64,000 bases of DNA from Alphaproteobacteria bacterium (GCA_027485835.1 JAIXQG010000001.1:69902-133901); one strand, 5' to 3'. Positions 38,409-48,169 are shown, counted from the stretch's first letter. The notes: a model not told the origin generated them from the sequence alone. Translations and numbers: made by a program.

Positions 38409-40025
38409 ATGAAAATGCCTGCGTTTGTTTTGGAAGCTGCCCGTTTGACGCCGAAATCGGCCAAGCGTGCCGTGGTTGTGTTTGCCGAAAATAAAGGGAA
38501 ACTGACCGATTCCGCCCAGTTAGTCGATGAAGGTTTGGGTGGTGTTATTAAGAGTACACTGCGTGGCACCCGTTTTAACGGTGGGGCGGGAGAGTTCGCC
38601 AAAGTGACGGTACAAGATGGTGCCGTGAGCCTGGTTTTGGTGGCAGGTTTGGGGAAAGAACCTAGTGAACGCCGCGAGTGGTGGAAAGCCGGTTTGGCGA
38701 TTGGGAAACAACTGGATGCCGCCGGTGTGAAAGAGGCCAGCATTGCCCTTGGTGAGCTGGATGGTGCCGAGGAAGCCTTTGCTGCGGCTACAGCCTTGGT
38801 AGAAGGCGTGTACATGGCCATATACCGCTTTGAGCAGTTTAAGGAAGTTAAAGACCACCAGTTGCCTCGTTTTGAAAAGTTAACGGTTTTGACCAGCACC
38901 CGTGCCGCGCGGATGCTGGAGGAGGAGGCGCCGAAACTGTTTGCGCTGCTGGAAGCGACTGACCATGCGCGTGATGCTGCCAACCTGCCGCCGAATATTG
39001 CCAACCCCGAATACATGGCCGAGCAGGCCCGCAAACTGGAAAAGTTTGGCGTGAAGGTTGAAGTGATTGACGAAAAGCAGATGAAAAAGCTGGGGCTGAA
39101 CCTGATTTTGGCCGTGGGTGGCAATGCCGCGTTAGAAGACCAGCCGCGTCTGATTTTCATGCACTATAACGGTGGTAAGAAGGGCGATGCGCCGACGGCA
39201 TTGGTGGGTAAGGGTATTATGTACGATACCGGTGGTTACAACCTGAAAATTAACAAAAGCATGGGTGGTATGAAGTTTGACATGTGTGGTGCCGCTGCCG
39301 TGCTGGGTGCCATGGAAGCGTTGGCTAAGCGCAAAGCGCCGGTAAACGTGGTGGGTGTCATGACCTGTGCCATGAACATGGTGGGTGCACAGAGCTTTGT
39401 GCCGGATAGTATTTATAAGTCTTATAAAGGCCTCCACGTTGAAATTGGTAACACCGATGCCGAAGGGCGTTTGGTGTTGGCCGATGCGATGGCTTACACG
39501 ATTGAGAAGCACAACCCGAGCCAGATAGTGGACCTTGCGACCTTGACCGGTGCGATTGTGGCGGCATTGGGTGGGGCCTATGCCGGGTTGTTTAGTACCA
39601 GCAACCCGTTGGCGAATGCTTTGCAAAAAGCCGGTGATGAAGTAGGCGAGCGCCTGTGGCGCATGCCGGTGGATGATTGCTACGCCGCGCCTGTTAAAGT
39701 GGCCGATGTGAATAATGACGGCATACCTTATGGTGGTGCGAATGCGGCGGCAGTTTTCCTTAAGCGTTTTGCTGATAAGACGCCGTGGGCGCACCTCGAC
39801 ATCGCCGGTACTGGCTGGGTTGACGGTTTGCCGGGTGAACCGAAGGAATTGGGTGGTGCGCGTGCGTTTGGTGTGCGTTTGCTTGTCAATTGGCTTGAGA
39901 GTGCGGCACCGGTTGCGGTAGAAGGTGCAGTGCCTGCCAAACGGCGTGGGCGCCCTGCCAAGGCGGCGATTGCGGCTGTGGCGGGTGTCAAGCGCGGGCG
40001 TGGGCGTCCGCGTAAGGCAGCCTAA
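38409..40025 (+). CDS. pepA: leucyl aminopeptidase (M17) with a C-terminal AT-hook-like extension
   Basis: NTDAEGRL signature; the extra C-terminal ~45 aa carry RRGRPAK and RGRGRPRK. Confidence 0.92.
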   Translation: MKMPAFVLEAARLTPKSAKRAVVVFAENKGKLTDSAQLVDEGLGGVIKSTLRGTRFNGGAGEFAKVTVQDGAVSLVLVAGLGKEPSERREWWKAGLAIGKQLDAAGVKEASIALGELDGAEEAFAAATALVEGVYMAIYRFEQFKEVKDHQLPRFEKLTVLTSTRAARMLEEEAPKLFALLEATDHARDAANLPPNIANPEYMAEQARKLEKFGVKVEVIDEKQMKKLGLNLILAVGGNAALEDQPRLIFMHYNGGKKGDAPTALVGKGIMYDTGGYNLKINKSMGGMKFDMCGAAAVLGAMEALAKRKAPVNVVGVMTCAMNMVGAQSFVPDSIYKSYKGLHVEIGNTDAEGRLVLADAMAYTIEKHNPSQIVDLATLTGAIVAALGGAYAGLFSTSNPLANALQKAGDEVGERLWRMPVDDCYAAPVKVADVNNDGIPYGGANAAAVFLKRFADKTPWAHLDIAGTGWVDGLPGEPKELGGARAFGVRLLVNWLESAAPVAVEGAVPAKRRGRPAKAAIAAVAGVKRGRGRPRKAA

Positions 40026-40076
40026 GCTGATTTTTAACTTTAATAACATGTAATAAATAAAAGAAAATACATAGAA

Positions 40077-41219
40077 ATGGCGACTAAGATTAAGGCGAAA
40101 CCGGCGGCAAAAACAACTGTTAAAGCGAGTGCGAAAACTCCTGCCAAAGAGGCCAAAAAAGTGCTGACGCCCGCGATGAAGAGTGCGCTGGGGCATACGC
40201 GCGCGCTGCTGGATATCCCCAGTGCTACCAACCGCATTGGGGCTGTGGCGGACTATGTGGAAAAGCATTCCAAAAAGCTGGGTTACAAGGTAGAGCGCCA
40301 GTGGGATGACACTTTACGCATTAGCGTTACCGGAAAAGAAACCAAACGTGTGGTTGGTTATGGCGCCCACCTTGACCGCATTGGGCTGATGGTCGACGAG
40401 CTGTTTGATGACGGAACAGTGAAGATCAGCGCGATTGGCGGGCTTTACCCGGGCCACGTGATGGATGGTGTGACTGCGAAGATCCAGACCAAGAGTGGTG
40501 CGTTGGTGGAAGGTTTGATTTTCCATACCGATACGCCGATCCACAAAATGGGTCTGGAAGGGTTTGAGAAGCGTCCGCAGAAATGGAAGAACATCCGTTT
40601 GCGCCCCGACGCCTGCATTGGCTGCACCAAGAAGAACGGTAAGGACAAGCTGAAGGCGCTGGGTATTCAGGTCGGCCAATTGGTATGGCTGAACCCGATG
40701 CTGAACATTGATGAGGTGAACGGTACGTTGCGCTCCCGCTGGTTGGACAACACCCTTGGTTGCGTGGTGCTGCTGGCGCTGATGGAGCGCTGGGCTGAGA
40801 AGAAGCTCAAGCCGAAGTTTAGCGTCGACTTTATTTTCTCGGCTGCCGAAGAGGCCGGTATGGGTGGGACTTCGGTGATTCGGCCTGAAATGAGCGATTT
40901 TGTGGCGGTGGATACGTCGGTTGGTGAGGAAATGGAAGACCTGAACAACTGCGCGATTAAGCAGAAGGCCGGGCGTTACCCGTACTCTCAGAAACTGACC
41001 GACGAGCTGGAAGCCGCTGCGGAAAAGGCCAAAGTGGGCTTTGAGCGCAAGAGCTTTGAAGGCGGCGGTACTGATGCCGAACAGGCCAAGGGAGCCGGTT
41101 TTAAGGGGCAGGTGGCGTGTATCGTTTCGCCCATTTACAACCTTCACTCGGTGGAATCCACCACGTTTGGCGCGGTTGAAGGTGTGATTGAAACTCTGCA
41201 CGCACATGCGATGCTCTAG
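40077..41219 (+). CDS. M42-family (FrvX/glutamyl-aminopeptidase-like) metallopeptidase with a Lys/Ala-rich N-terminal tail
   Basis: The GAHLDRIG metal-binding region; N-terminal MATKIKAKPAAKTTVKASAKTPAKEAKK; a 50-nt AT-rich spacer lies upstream. Confidence 0.65.
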   Translation: MATKIKAKPAAKTTVKASAKTPAKEAKKVLTPAMKSALGHTRALLDIPSATNRIGAVADYVEKHSKKLGYKVERQWDDTLRISVTGKETKRVVGYGAHLDRIGLMVDELFDDGTVKISAIGGLYPGHVMDGVTAKIQTKSGALVEGLIFHTDTPIHKMGLEGFEKRPQKWKNIRLRPDACIGCTKKNGKDKLKALGIQVGQLVWLNPMLNIDEVNGTLRSRWLDNTLGCVVLLALMERWAEKKLKPKFSVDFIFSAAEEAGMGGTSVIRPEMSDFVAVDTSVGEEMEDLNNCAIKQKAGRYPYSQKLTDELEAAAEKAKVGFERKSFEGGGTDAEQAKGAGFKGQVACIVSPIYNLHSVESTTFGAVEGVIETLHAHAML

Positions 41220-41237
41220 GGAATAAAGAGGGGTAGC

Positions 41238-41714
41238 ATGGGGATTCCGGTTGCGTTTTATCATACAGGGGGTGAGACTCCTGCCGCGCTGGATGCCGTG
41301 CTGCCCACATTGCTGGAAAAAGCTGTGGGAGCGGGGAACCGTATTTTGCTGGTGGCCCCTACTGCCGCGCGCCAGCAGCGTTTGGATGAAGCGTTGTGGA
41401 GCTACCGCGACACCGCGTTTTTACCGCACGGCAAGCCGGAGGACGGTAAGCCCGAGCTACAGCCGATTTTGATAGTGAATGCCGAGGATGAGTTTGCCAG
41501 CTTTTTGGTAGGGCGGATTCCGGTGGTGTTAGCCGGTGCCGAAAGTGTGTTGGAGAAAGTGTTGGCCGCAACCCCTGCGCGGGCGCTGTATATGTTTACG
41601 GCCGCGACGGCCGATGTGGAGCGCGGGCGTGGACTGTTTAAGCAGTTGAAGGGGGCGGGGCACGAGCTGAGTTACCATCAGCAGACGGATAAGGGTTGGG
41701 AAAAAAAGGCTTAA
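41238..41714 (+). CDS. holC: DNA polymerase III subunit chi
   Basis: Begins ...FYH... and carries RLDEALW, conserved in chi; conserved pepA-holC synteny. Confidence 0.8.
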   Translation: MGIPVAFYHTGGETPAALDAVLPTLLEKAVGAGNRILLVAPTAARQQRLDEALWSYRDTAFLPHGKPEDGKPELQPILIVNAEDEFASFLVGRIPVVLAGAESVLEKVLAATPARALYMFTAATADVERGRGLFKQLKGAGHELSYHQQTDKGWEKKA

Positions 41715-41748
41715 AGAACCGCCGTATGGCGGTTCTTTTTTATTGGAT
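41714..41748. terminator. bidirectional terminator
   Basis: aagaaccgcc-gtat-ggcggttctt with T/A runs on both sides. Confidence 0.75.
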
Positions 41749-42060
41749 GACAAGCGTGTTGGGTTTGGGGGCGGGGGCGGCTTCCTCGATGAGAATGGGG
41801 CGGCCGGCTTCGCGCGTGAGGATGTCGCGGATGACGAGGAGGCGTTGGATGGAGAGCTCGCGGTCTTGCAGCGGGAGGCCGACGAGGAACTGTTTTTGGC
41901 CTTCCTTTGCGGCTTTCATCAAGGCGAGAAGCGGGGCGTTATCTTCGGTGGCGACCCACTTGTTTTCGGCTTGATAGGTGAGGGTCACGGCGTGAACGGG
42001 CTGGGCCGTGAAGACGGCCAGCCCGAGGAGTGATGCGAGGATTATTGAGCGATAGTCCAT
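41740..42060 (-). CDS. small secreted hypothetical protein
   Basis: Signal peptide (LLGLAVFTAQPVHA); it overlaps the ppiD stop by 19 nt. Confidence 0.5.
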   Translation of the reverse strand: MDYRSIILASLLGLAVFTAQPVHAVTLTYQAENKWVATEDNAPLLALMKAAKEGQKQFLVGLPLQDRELSIQRLLVIRDILTREAGRPILIEEAAPAPKPNTLVIQ

Positions 42061-43937
42061 TGCACGTCACGTCCGAAGATTTGCTTCAGCATGGGCTGGT
42101 TGAGCTCCACCTTAGCCTTTTGGGTGAGGTAGGCCAGCATGAGGGCCTCGACATCGCCTTGCAGACGCTGTTGGTAGACCTTGGCTTGCTCGGGCAGCTT
42201 GGTGACATCCAGCGACTGGGTTTCGCGGCTGACCAGACGCACGAGATGGAGGTTTTGGCCTTCTGGCAGCGCGCCTGCCAGCACCGTGCCGGTAGCGAGC
42301 GGGTAGAATTCCAGCATGTTTTGCTGCAACCATTGCGGTGCCTCGGCGGGGTTGGTGACATTGAGCTGGCTGATGGTGACGCCGTTGATACCGGCCTTTT
42401 GGGCAGCGGCCTCTAATGATGAGGCACCGGGAGCGCGGGCGGCCGAGAGAAGGGTATCTGCCATGCGGCGCAGGGCCTGTTGGGTTTGCGCGGCGCGGAG
42501 TTGCTCGGTTACGTCGGCCTTGACCTCGGCGAACGGTTTGACGCTGGCGGCGTTGATTTTGGTGGTTTGCACGTAGGCGGCGCCACCGTCGGCCATTTGT
42601 AGCGGTTGGCTGGTTTCGTTCAGGCCGAGGCTGAAGGCGGTGGAGAGCTCTTGGGGTTCCAGTGCTTCGTCGTTCGCGCGGACGGTGCTGAAGGTTTTGG
42701 CTTCCATGCCGATGGCTTTGGCGATTTCGGTCAGCGGTTGGCCGGCGGCGATTTTTTCATCGACGACACCACCGAGGCGGACGAGGGCTTCGTCGGCTTG
42801 GGCGGTTTGGAGGTCCTTCGCAATCGCGTCGCGGATTTCCGCGTAGGGGATATCGTGGGCGGCCTGAATTTCATCGACCCAGATAAGGTGCCAGCCGAAG
42901 GGGCTTTGCACCGGTGCGCTCAGCTTGTTGGCTTCGACACTAAAGGCGACCTTGCGGAAGGCGGGAACCACGTCATCCGGCTTGATGGTGCCTAAGGTAC
43001 CGCCTTTGGTGCCTTCGTTGCCGGGGTCTTGGCTCAGCTTATTAGCGGCTTCGATGAAGGATTCCTTCGAGGTAATGGTGGGGGCGGCTTGCTCGGCGGC
43101 TTCCTTGGTTTCGAACAGGATGTGACGGACGGTACGGGTTTCCGGCAGCTTGTAGTGGTCTTTGTTTTCTTCATACGCCTTCTTCACGTCGTCTTCCGGC
43201 ACGGTGATGGTTTTGACCAGATCGTCGCGGCTGAGGCGCAGTGCGGTAAAGTTACGGGTTTCCGGCTTGCTGTAGAATTGTTCGTTTTGCTTATAGAAGG
43301 CTTGGAGCTCCTCTTCCTTCGGGGCGGGAAGGGTGCCGATGCTGGCCGGGGTAAGGGTGGCGACTTCGAGGCCGAGCTTCAGGTTTTCGGCCGCGACGAT
43401 ACCAGCCACCAAGCTGGGGCTAGGGGTTTCTACACGCGAGAGCTGGGCGAGACTGCGGACGGTGAGGTCTTGGCCGAGGTCGGCTTCAAACTGTTGTGGA
43501 GTACGGCCGATTTGCGCGAGAAGTTGGCGGTAGCGGGCGACGTCGAACTGGCCTTTCTCGTTTTTAAAGGCGCTGATTTTGGTGATTTCTGCCTGCAATT
43601 GCTTGGTAGCCGGTTGGAAACCGAGGCTTTGGGCCGATTGCTGGAGCACGGTGCGGGCGACGACTTCGGCCAGCACTTGCTCTGCCACCTGCATTTGGTC
43701 CAGCTGTTGCTGGGTGGGGCGGGTGCCCATCAGTTGGGTAATGTTTTGGATGCGCTGGTTGTAGGTTTGCTCCAACAGGCGGGGGGAGATGTCTTGTCCG
43801 TTCACTTTAGCGGCCTGCATGCCGATGGAGGGCATGAGATAGTCGCCGATACCCCAGGCGCCAAAGCAGGCCACCAAAAGCAGCAGCATGGCCTTGCTGT
43901 ATTTACTGGAGCCGAACTTGCGGAAGGCTTGCATCAT
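42042..43937 (-). CDS. ppiD: periplasmic chaperone PpiD (SurA-like PPIase)
   Basis: N-terminal anchor MMQAFRKFGSSKYSKAMLLLLV, long periplasmic chaperone and parvulin regions. Confidence 0.85.
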   Translation of the reverse strand: MMQAFRKFGSSKYSKAMLLLLVACFGAWGIGDYLMPSIGMQAAKVNGQDISPRLLEQTYNQRIQNITQLMGTRPTQQQLDQMQVAEQVLAEVVARTVLQQSAQSLGFQPATKQLQAEITKISAFKNEKGQFDVARYRQLLAQIGRTPQQFEADLGQDLTVRSLAQLSRVETPSPSLVAGIVAAENLKLGLEVATLTPASIGTLPAPKEEELQAFYKQNEQFYSKPETRNFTALRLSRDDLVKTITVPEDDVKKAYEENKDHYKLPETRTVRHILFETKEAAEQAAPTITSKESFIEAANKLSQDPGNEGTKGGTLGTIKPDDVVPAFRKVAFSVEANKLSAPVQSPFGWHLIWVDEIQAAHDIPYAEIRDAIAKDLQTAQADEALVRLGGVVDEKIAAGQPLTEIAKAIGMEAKTFSTVRANDEALEPQELSTAFSLGLNETSQPLQMADGGAAYVQTTKINAASVKPFAEVKADVTEQLRAAQTQQALRRMADTLLSAARAPGASSLEAAAQKAGINGVTISQLNVTNPAEAPQWLQQNMLEFYPLATGTVLAGALPEGQNLHLVRLVSRETQSLDVTKLPEQAKVYQQRLQGDVEALMLAYLTQKAKVELNQPMLKQIFGRDVQWTIAQ

Positions 43938-44130
43938 GGGAACGGGACTTTCGTTGCTCTATACTAAGTAGGGTAGATACCGCACGGCGCATGTATATAC
44001 ACAATATGCCGCAACCTGCCACCAAGCTGCGGCGGCTGCAAGGGCGGGCGCCCAAAGGTGCGGCAGTTGTGTGCGGCGTTTTTGCGAGCCCAGCTTGACT
44101 GTTGAGCCGCAGGTGCGTACAAACCACTCC

Positions 44131-44514
44131 ATGGTTAGCATTCTTCTTACCCTTAACGCGATCATCTGCGTCGCCCTTATCATACTGATTCTGCTTCAGC
44201 GTTCCGACCCTGCCTCTGGCGGGATGTTTGGTGGCGCCGGTGGCGGTGGCCAAGCGGTTGTACGTAACCCGCTGGCCAAGCCGACTGCTATTTTGGCGGC
44301 GCTGTTTTTAGTGTTCAGCGTTGTAACAGCCATTATTAATAAGGGTGGCCACCATGCCACGACCGTGATGGAGAGTGCCGTTGAAGGCCAGCCGGTATTG
44401 CCGGAAGCCAGCCTCGTGCCCGGTGCGCCTGTGGTTGCTGTGTCTTATACGATTGAAGTGCCGGTTGCTGTGCCTCAGGTTTCTGAAACCGTTGCCATTT
44501 CTCCTACCGAATAA
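44131..44514 (+). CDS. secG: preprotein translocase subunit SecG
   Basis: MVSILLTLNAIICVALIILILLQ...GGMFGG; the start is trimmed to ATG 44131. Confidence 0.85.
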   Translation: MVSILLTLNAIICVALIILILLQRSDPASGGMFGGAGGGGQAVVRNPLAKPTAILAALFLVFSVVTAIINKGGHHATTVMESAVEGQPVLPEASLVPGAPVVAVSYTIEVPVAVPQVSETVAISPTE

Positions 44515-44528
44515 CGAAAGCCTGAGAC

Positions 44529-46238
44529 ATGCCCAAGCCCGCCCAAGCCAGTCAGCAACAACTTAAACTGGAAGGCGGCACCCGCTACATATTTGTAACG
44601 GGCGGGGTGATGAGTTCTCTCGGCAAGGGACTGACGGCCAGTGCCTTGGCGGCCGTATTGCAAGCGCGTGGCTTTAGCGTAGCCCAGCAGAAGCTGGACC
44701 CGTATTTGAACGTGGACCCGGGCACGATGTCGCCGTTTCAGCATGGTGAGGTTTACGTAACCGACGACGGCGCGGAAACCGACCTTGACCTTGGCCACTA
44801 CGAGCGCTTTACCGGCGTGCCGACGGGGAAGTATTCCAATATTACCGCGGGCCAGATTTACTGGAATATTCTGCACAAAGAACGCAAGGGCGATTACTTG
44901 GGCAAAACCGTGCAGGTGGTGCCGCATGTGACGAATGAGATTAAGGCGTTCATCAAGCAGGTAGAAGGCAAGGCCGACTTTGCGCTGATTGAGATTGGTG
45001 GCACCGTAGGTGATATTGAAAGCATGGCGTTTATTGAAGCCATCCGCCAGATGGGCCGTGAACTGCGCACCAACCATGGTAGCCCCAACCGCGCGTGCTT
45101 TATGCACCTTACTTTTGCCCCTTACCTGAAGGCGGTAGGCGAAGTGAAGACCAAGCCGACCCAGAACGCCGTGCGCGATTTGCTGGAGATGGGGATTCAG
45201 GCTGATGTGGTGGTAGTGCGCTCGGAAGTGGAGCTTGGCCGCCCCGAGTTGGACAAGATTGCGATGTTTGCTGGTTTGCCGACTACCCACGTGGTGAATT
45301 GCCCTGATAGTGACACGATTTACCGTGTTCCCGTTACCTTGCATGAGCATGGGCTGGACAGCGCGGTGCTGGAGCACTTTGGAATTGATGCTGATGCTCC
45401 GGATTTAAGCCGCTGGAAGCACGTGAGCCTGATTGCCAGCAACCCGCCGAAGCGTGTGACGATTGCGGTGGTGGGCAAATATGTGCAGTTGGGTGATGCG
45501 TATAAGAGTTTGAATGAGGCGTTGATCCATGGTGGGTTTGCCCATGACGCCCTTGTGGACATTGACTTTGTAGACAGCGAAGCGCTGGAAAAGTGCACCG
45601 ATGCCGAAATTGCCGAGCGTTTGAAGGATGCCGCGGGGATTTTGATCCCCGGTGGGTTTGGTGCGCGCGGTACCGAGGGGAAGATTCGGGCGATTACCTA
45701 TGCGCGGGAAGCGAAGAAGCCGTTCTTTGGCATTTGCCTTGGCTTGCAGATGGCGATTGCCGAGTTTGCGCGGAATAAGGCTGGCGTGAATGGCGCCGAC
45801 AGCACTGAGTTTAATGAGGACAAGGGTGTGCCCGAGAACCCGATTATCTGCCAGATGACCGAGTGGCAGAAGCCCGATGGTTCGATGCTCCAGCGCGAAC
45901 CGATGGGGAATTTGGGTGGCACCATGCGTTTGGGCGCGTACCCTGCCAAGCTGGCCAAGGGCAGCCTTGCGGCCAAGGTGTATGGCATGGAAGAGATTAT
46001 GGAGCGCCACCGCCACCGTTATGAATTCAACCCCCGTTACCGTGAGACGCTGGAAGCGGCAGGCATGGTGTTTAGCGGCCTGAGCCCGCAGGAGAATGCT
46101 TTGGCGGAGATTGTGGAGTTACCTGCCAGCGAGCACCCGTTCTTTATTGCCGTACAGTATCATCCGGAGTTTAAGTCTCAGCCGTTGCAGCCGCACCCGA
46201 TTTTTGCGGCGTTTGTGAAGGCGAGTTTGCAAAATTAA
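44529..46238 (+). CDS. pyrG: CTP synthase
   Basis: TRYIFVTGGVMSSLGKG, and the GATase domain GICLGLQ...HRHRYEFN. Confidence 0.95.
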   Translation: MPKPAQASQQQLKLEGGTRYIFVTGGVMSSLGKGLTASALAAVLQARGFSVAQQKLDPYLNVDPGTMSPFQHGEVYVTDDGAETDLDLGHYERFTGVPTGKYSNITAGQIYWNILHKERKGDYLGKTVQVVPHVTNEIKAFIKQVEGKADFALIEIGGTVGDIESMAFIEAIRQMGRELRTNHGSPNRACFMHLTFAPYLKAVGEVKTKPTQNAVRDLLEMGIQADVVVVRSEVELGRPELDKIAMFAGLPTTHVVNCPDSDTIYRVPVTLHEHGLDSAVLEHFGIDADAPDLSRWKHVSLIASNPPKRVTIAVVGKYVQLGDAYKSLNEALIHGGFAHDALVDIDFVDSEALEKCTDAEIAERLKDAAGILIPGGFGARGTEGKIRAITYAREAKKPFFGICLGLQMAIAEFARNKAGVNGADSTEFNEDKGVPENPIICQMTEWQKPDGSMLQREPMGNLGGTMRLGAYPAKLAKGSLAAKVYGMEEIMERHRHRYEFNPRYRETLEAAGMVFSGLSPQENALAEIVELPASEHPFFIAVQYHPEFKSQPLQPHPIFAAFVKASLQN

Positions 46239-46242
46239 AAAA

Positions 46243-46268
46243 GGAGGGCTGCGGCCCTCTTTTTTATT
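46243..46268 (+). terminator. pyrG terminator
   Basis: gagggc-tgcg-gccctc followed by ttttttatt. Confidence 0.75.
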
Positions 46269-46332
46269 GTTGGACATTTCGGGGAGGGGTATACAGGTGG
46301 GGCTTGTACCCACTCTCAAAAAGGGGAACACC

Positions 46333-46983
46333 ATGAGTGACGTATCTGGAACTGCCCATTTTTATCATACGATTCCGGTTACCATTACGGGTGACCAGCT
46401 GCGGGAACTCTCGCGGAAGATTCATGAAGAACACTCCAACGATACCAATTACCTTGTCTGCCTTTCCGACACTGTTGCCTCCCACAGCGATGTTGTCGGT
46501 CGTCCGGAACGGCTTGGTCTCAACAAGAAGTTCTATCGTCCCGATCAGATTCGGCTCATTCCGTGGGTTTCCAAGAATCAGACCGAAGCGTTGAACGTCG
46601 AGGCTGACGCTGACGGGCATTTCCGTGTCGAGTATGTGGGGCCGGGTCAGATTCATCCTCACCTTACCAACTACTATTCGATACTGAGTTCGATCAGCCT
46701 CTCGTTCAACGAGTGTGCGCACCTCTACCTGTGCGTGAAGGAATGGGCGCGCTGGACGTCTATCGACAAGGACGATCAGGAGACGGCCTTCAGGGAGATG
46801 TTGGAGAAGCTGGCGGCTGCGCCGAGTTTTGAGACAGCCCGCAAGGTTTTGCCGCTCGAAGTGCGGATGAAGCTCGCGCACGCGCCGGAGGATCTTGTCT
46901 CTCTGGCATGGCGGGGGCTGAAGGACATCCTTCTCGGCGTTCCTGTCGATCCGAAATACTACGCTGACTTGCAACCCGCGTGA
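46333..46983 (+). CDS. hypothetical protein, paralog A1 of the 47501 gene
   Basis: AAAAGGGGA RBS; it shares blocks with the 47501 product (ITGDQLRELSRKI / LTTEQLCVLARRI; G.PE...NK.F.FY.P.Q...I.W.S). Confidence 0.6.
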   Translation: MSDVSGTAHFYHTIPVTITGDQLRELSRKIHEEHSNDTNYLVCLSDTVASHSDVVGRPERLGLNKKFYRPDQIRLIPWVSKNQTEALNVEADADGHFRVEYVGPGQIHPHLTNYYSILSSISLSFNECAHLYLCVKEWARWTSIDKDDQETAFREMLEKLAAAPSFETARKVLPLEVRMKLAHAPEDLVSLAWRGLKDILLGVPVDPKYYADLQPA

Positions 46984-46990
46984 CACGAAT

Positions 46991-47024
46991 GGCTGCGGCA
47001 CCCTATGGGTGCCGCAGTTTTTTT
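46991..47024. terminator. bidirectional terminator
   Basis: ctgcggcaccc-tat-gggtgccgcag followed by ttttttt. Confidence 0.8.
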
Positions 47025-47364
47025 AGAAGAAGTAAGGTTTGCGGCGGGGGGTTACGTCTTTTATCCGGCCACCGCGTTTGGTGGGGAGGGTGCCGCCGCT
47101 GGCGAGCCAGACATCGGTTGGAATGAGCCCGCGCACCAGCGAAAGGCCGAGCGGGAGGATGATGAGGTCATCTAACCAGCCTAAGATAGGGAGGAAGTCC
47201 GGAATGATATCTATTGGGCTGATAACGTAGAGAATAACCGCGAGGGCGGCGATGCGGGCCTTGGTAGGTGTTTGCGGGTGCCAGAGGGCACGCCAGAGAA
47301 CGGCGCCTTCGGCGCGTAACCAAGCCCAGCCGGTGAGGAATTTGCGGATTTTGAAGAGAGGCAT
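47023..47364 (-). CDS. DUF1232 (YkvA-like) membrane protein
   Basis: IDIIPDFLPILGWLDD signature. Confidence 0.75.
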   Translation of the reverse strand: MPLFKIRKFLTGWAWLRAEGAVLWRALWHPQTPTKARIAALAVILYVISPIDIIPDFLPILGWLDDLIILPLGLSLVRGLIPTDVWLASGGTLPTKRGGRIKDVTPRRKPYFF

Positions 47365-47500
47365 GGAGAGGTAATGACTGAAGTAGGCAACGGTTCCGTC
47401 GGGTTTTGCTTGTGAATGCTAAGTGTATGCGATATGAGGGGTTTGATACTAAAGCCCTTATGGGCGCGTACTTTTGGGGCCACCAGAAAGGAGACCATTC

Positions 47501-48106
47501 ATGGTTGGCGATATGGGGCTGGGCTTCCAGCTTACGACGGAGCAACTCTGCGTGCTTGCGCGCAGGATTGTGGACTACCAGCCGGTGGATTCTCGGCAAA
47601 AGCATTTGGTTTGCCGTGATATGCGGTTTGACCAGCACCGGTTTACCGCAGATGGTGAGCCGGAGGTTGCGAACAAGCGCTTCGGTTTTTATAAGCCGGC
47701 ACAGGTGAACGCCATTGAATGGACGTCGGTCAGGCTCAAAGATCGCATTACCGTGCGCAAACTGCGAGACGGGGTGTGGGATGCTCAATACACAGGTACG
47801 GCTGAGGCGACGTTGCTCAACTCGTACTTCACGCATGTGCTGATGCTCAAGCCGGAGCTAGACCCGGAGCAGGCGGTGAAAATCCGCATTGAGCTCGGTG
47901 TGCTGAAGTCTGGCAAGAATCCGCGCAAGCGGCGGACAGCCAGGCTGATTGCCGAACAGACCTTGCGCAATGCGCCGGATGCCCTGACGGCGGTCAAGCG
48001 GCTCGAGCCGGACATTCAGAAAGAGCTGGACCCTTTGCCGTACAAGCTGATGCTGGACGGCGTGGACGCACTGAAAAAGAGCCTGGCCTTGCCAAAGGTG
48101 GCTTGA
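47501..48106 (+). CDS. hypothetical protein, paralog A2
   Basis: AAAGGAGA RBS; see the paralog A1 entry. Confidence 0.6.
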   Translation: MVGDMGLGFQLTTEQLCVLARRIVDYQPVDSRQKHLVCRDMRFDQHRFTADGEPEVANKRFGFYKPAQVNAIEWTSVRLKDRITVRKLRDGVWDAQYTGTAEATLLNSYFTHVLMLKPELDPEQAVKIRIELGVLKSGKNPRKRRTARLIAEQTLRNAPDALTAVKRLEPDIQKELDPLPYKLMLDGVDALKKSLALPKVA

Positions 48107-48118
48107 GCTCTCAATAAC

Positions 48119-48157
48119 GAAACGCCGCAGTGGGTAACCACTGCGGCGTTGTTTTAT
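48119..48157. terminator. bidirectional terminator
   Basis: aacgccgcagtgg-gtaa-ccactgcggcgtt followed by gttttat. Confidence 0.8.
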
Positions 48158-48169
48158 ATGAGGGTTGCC

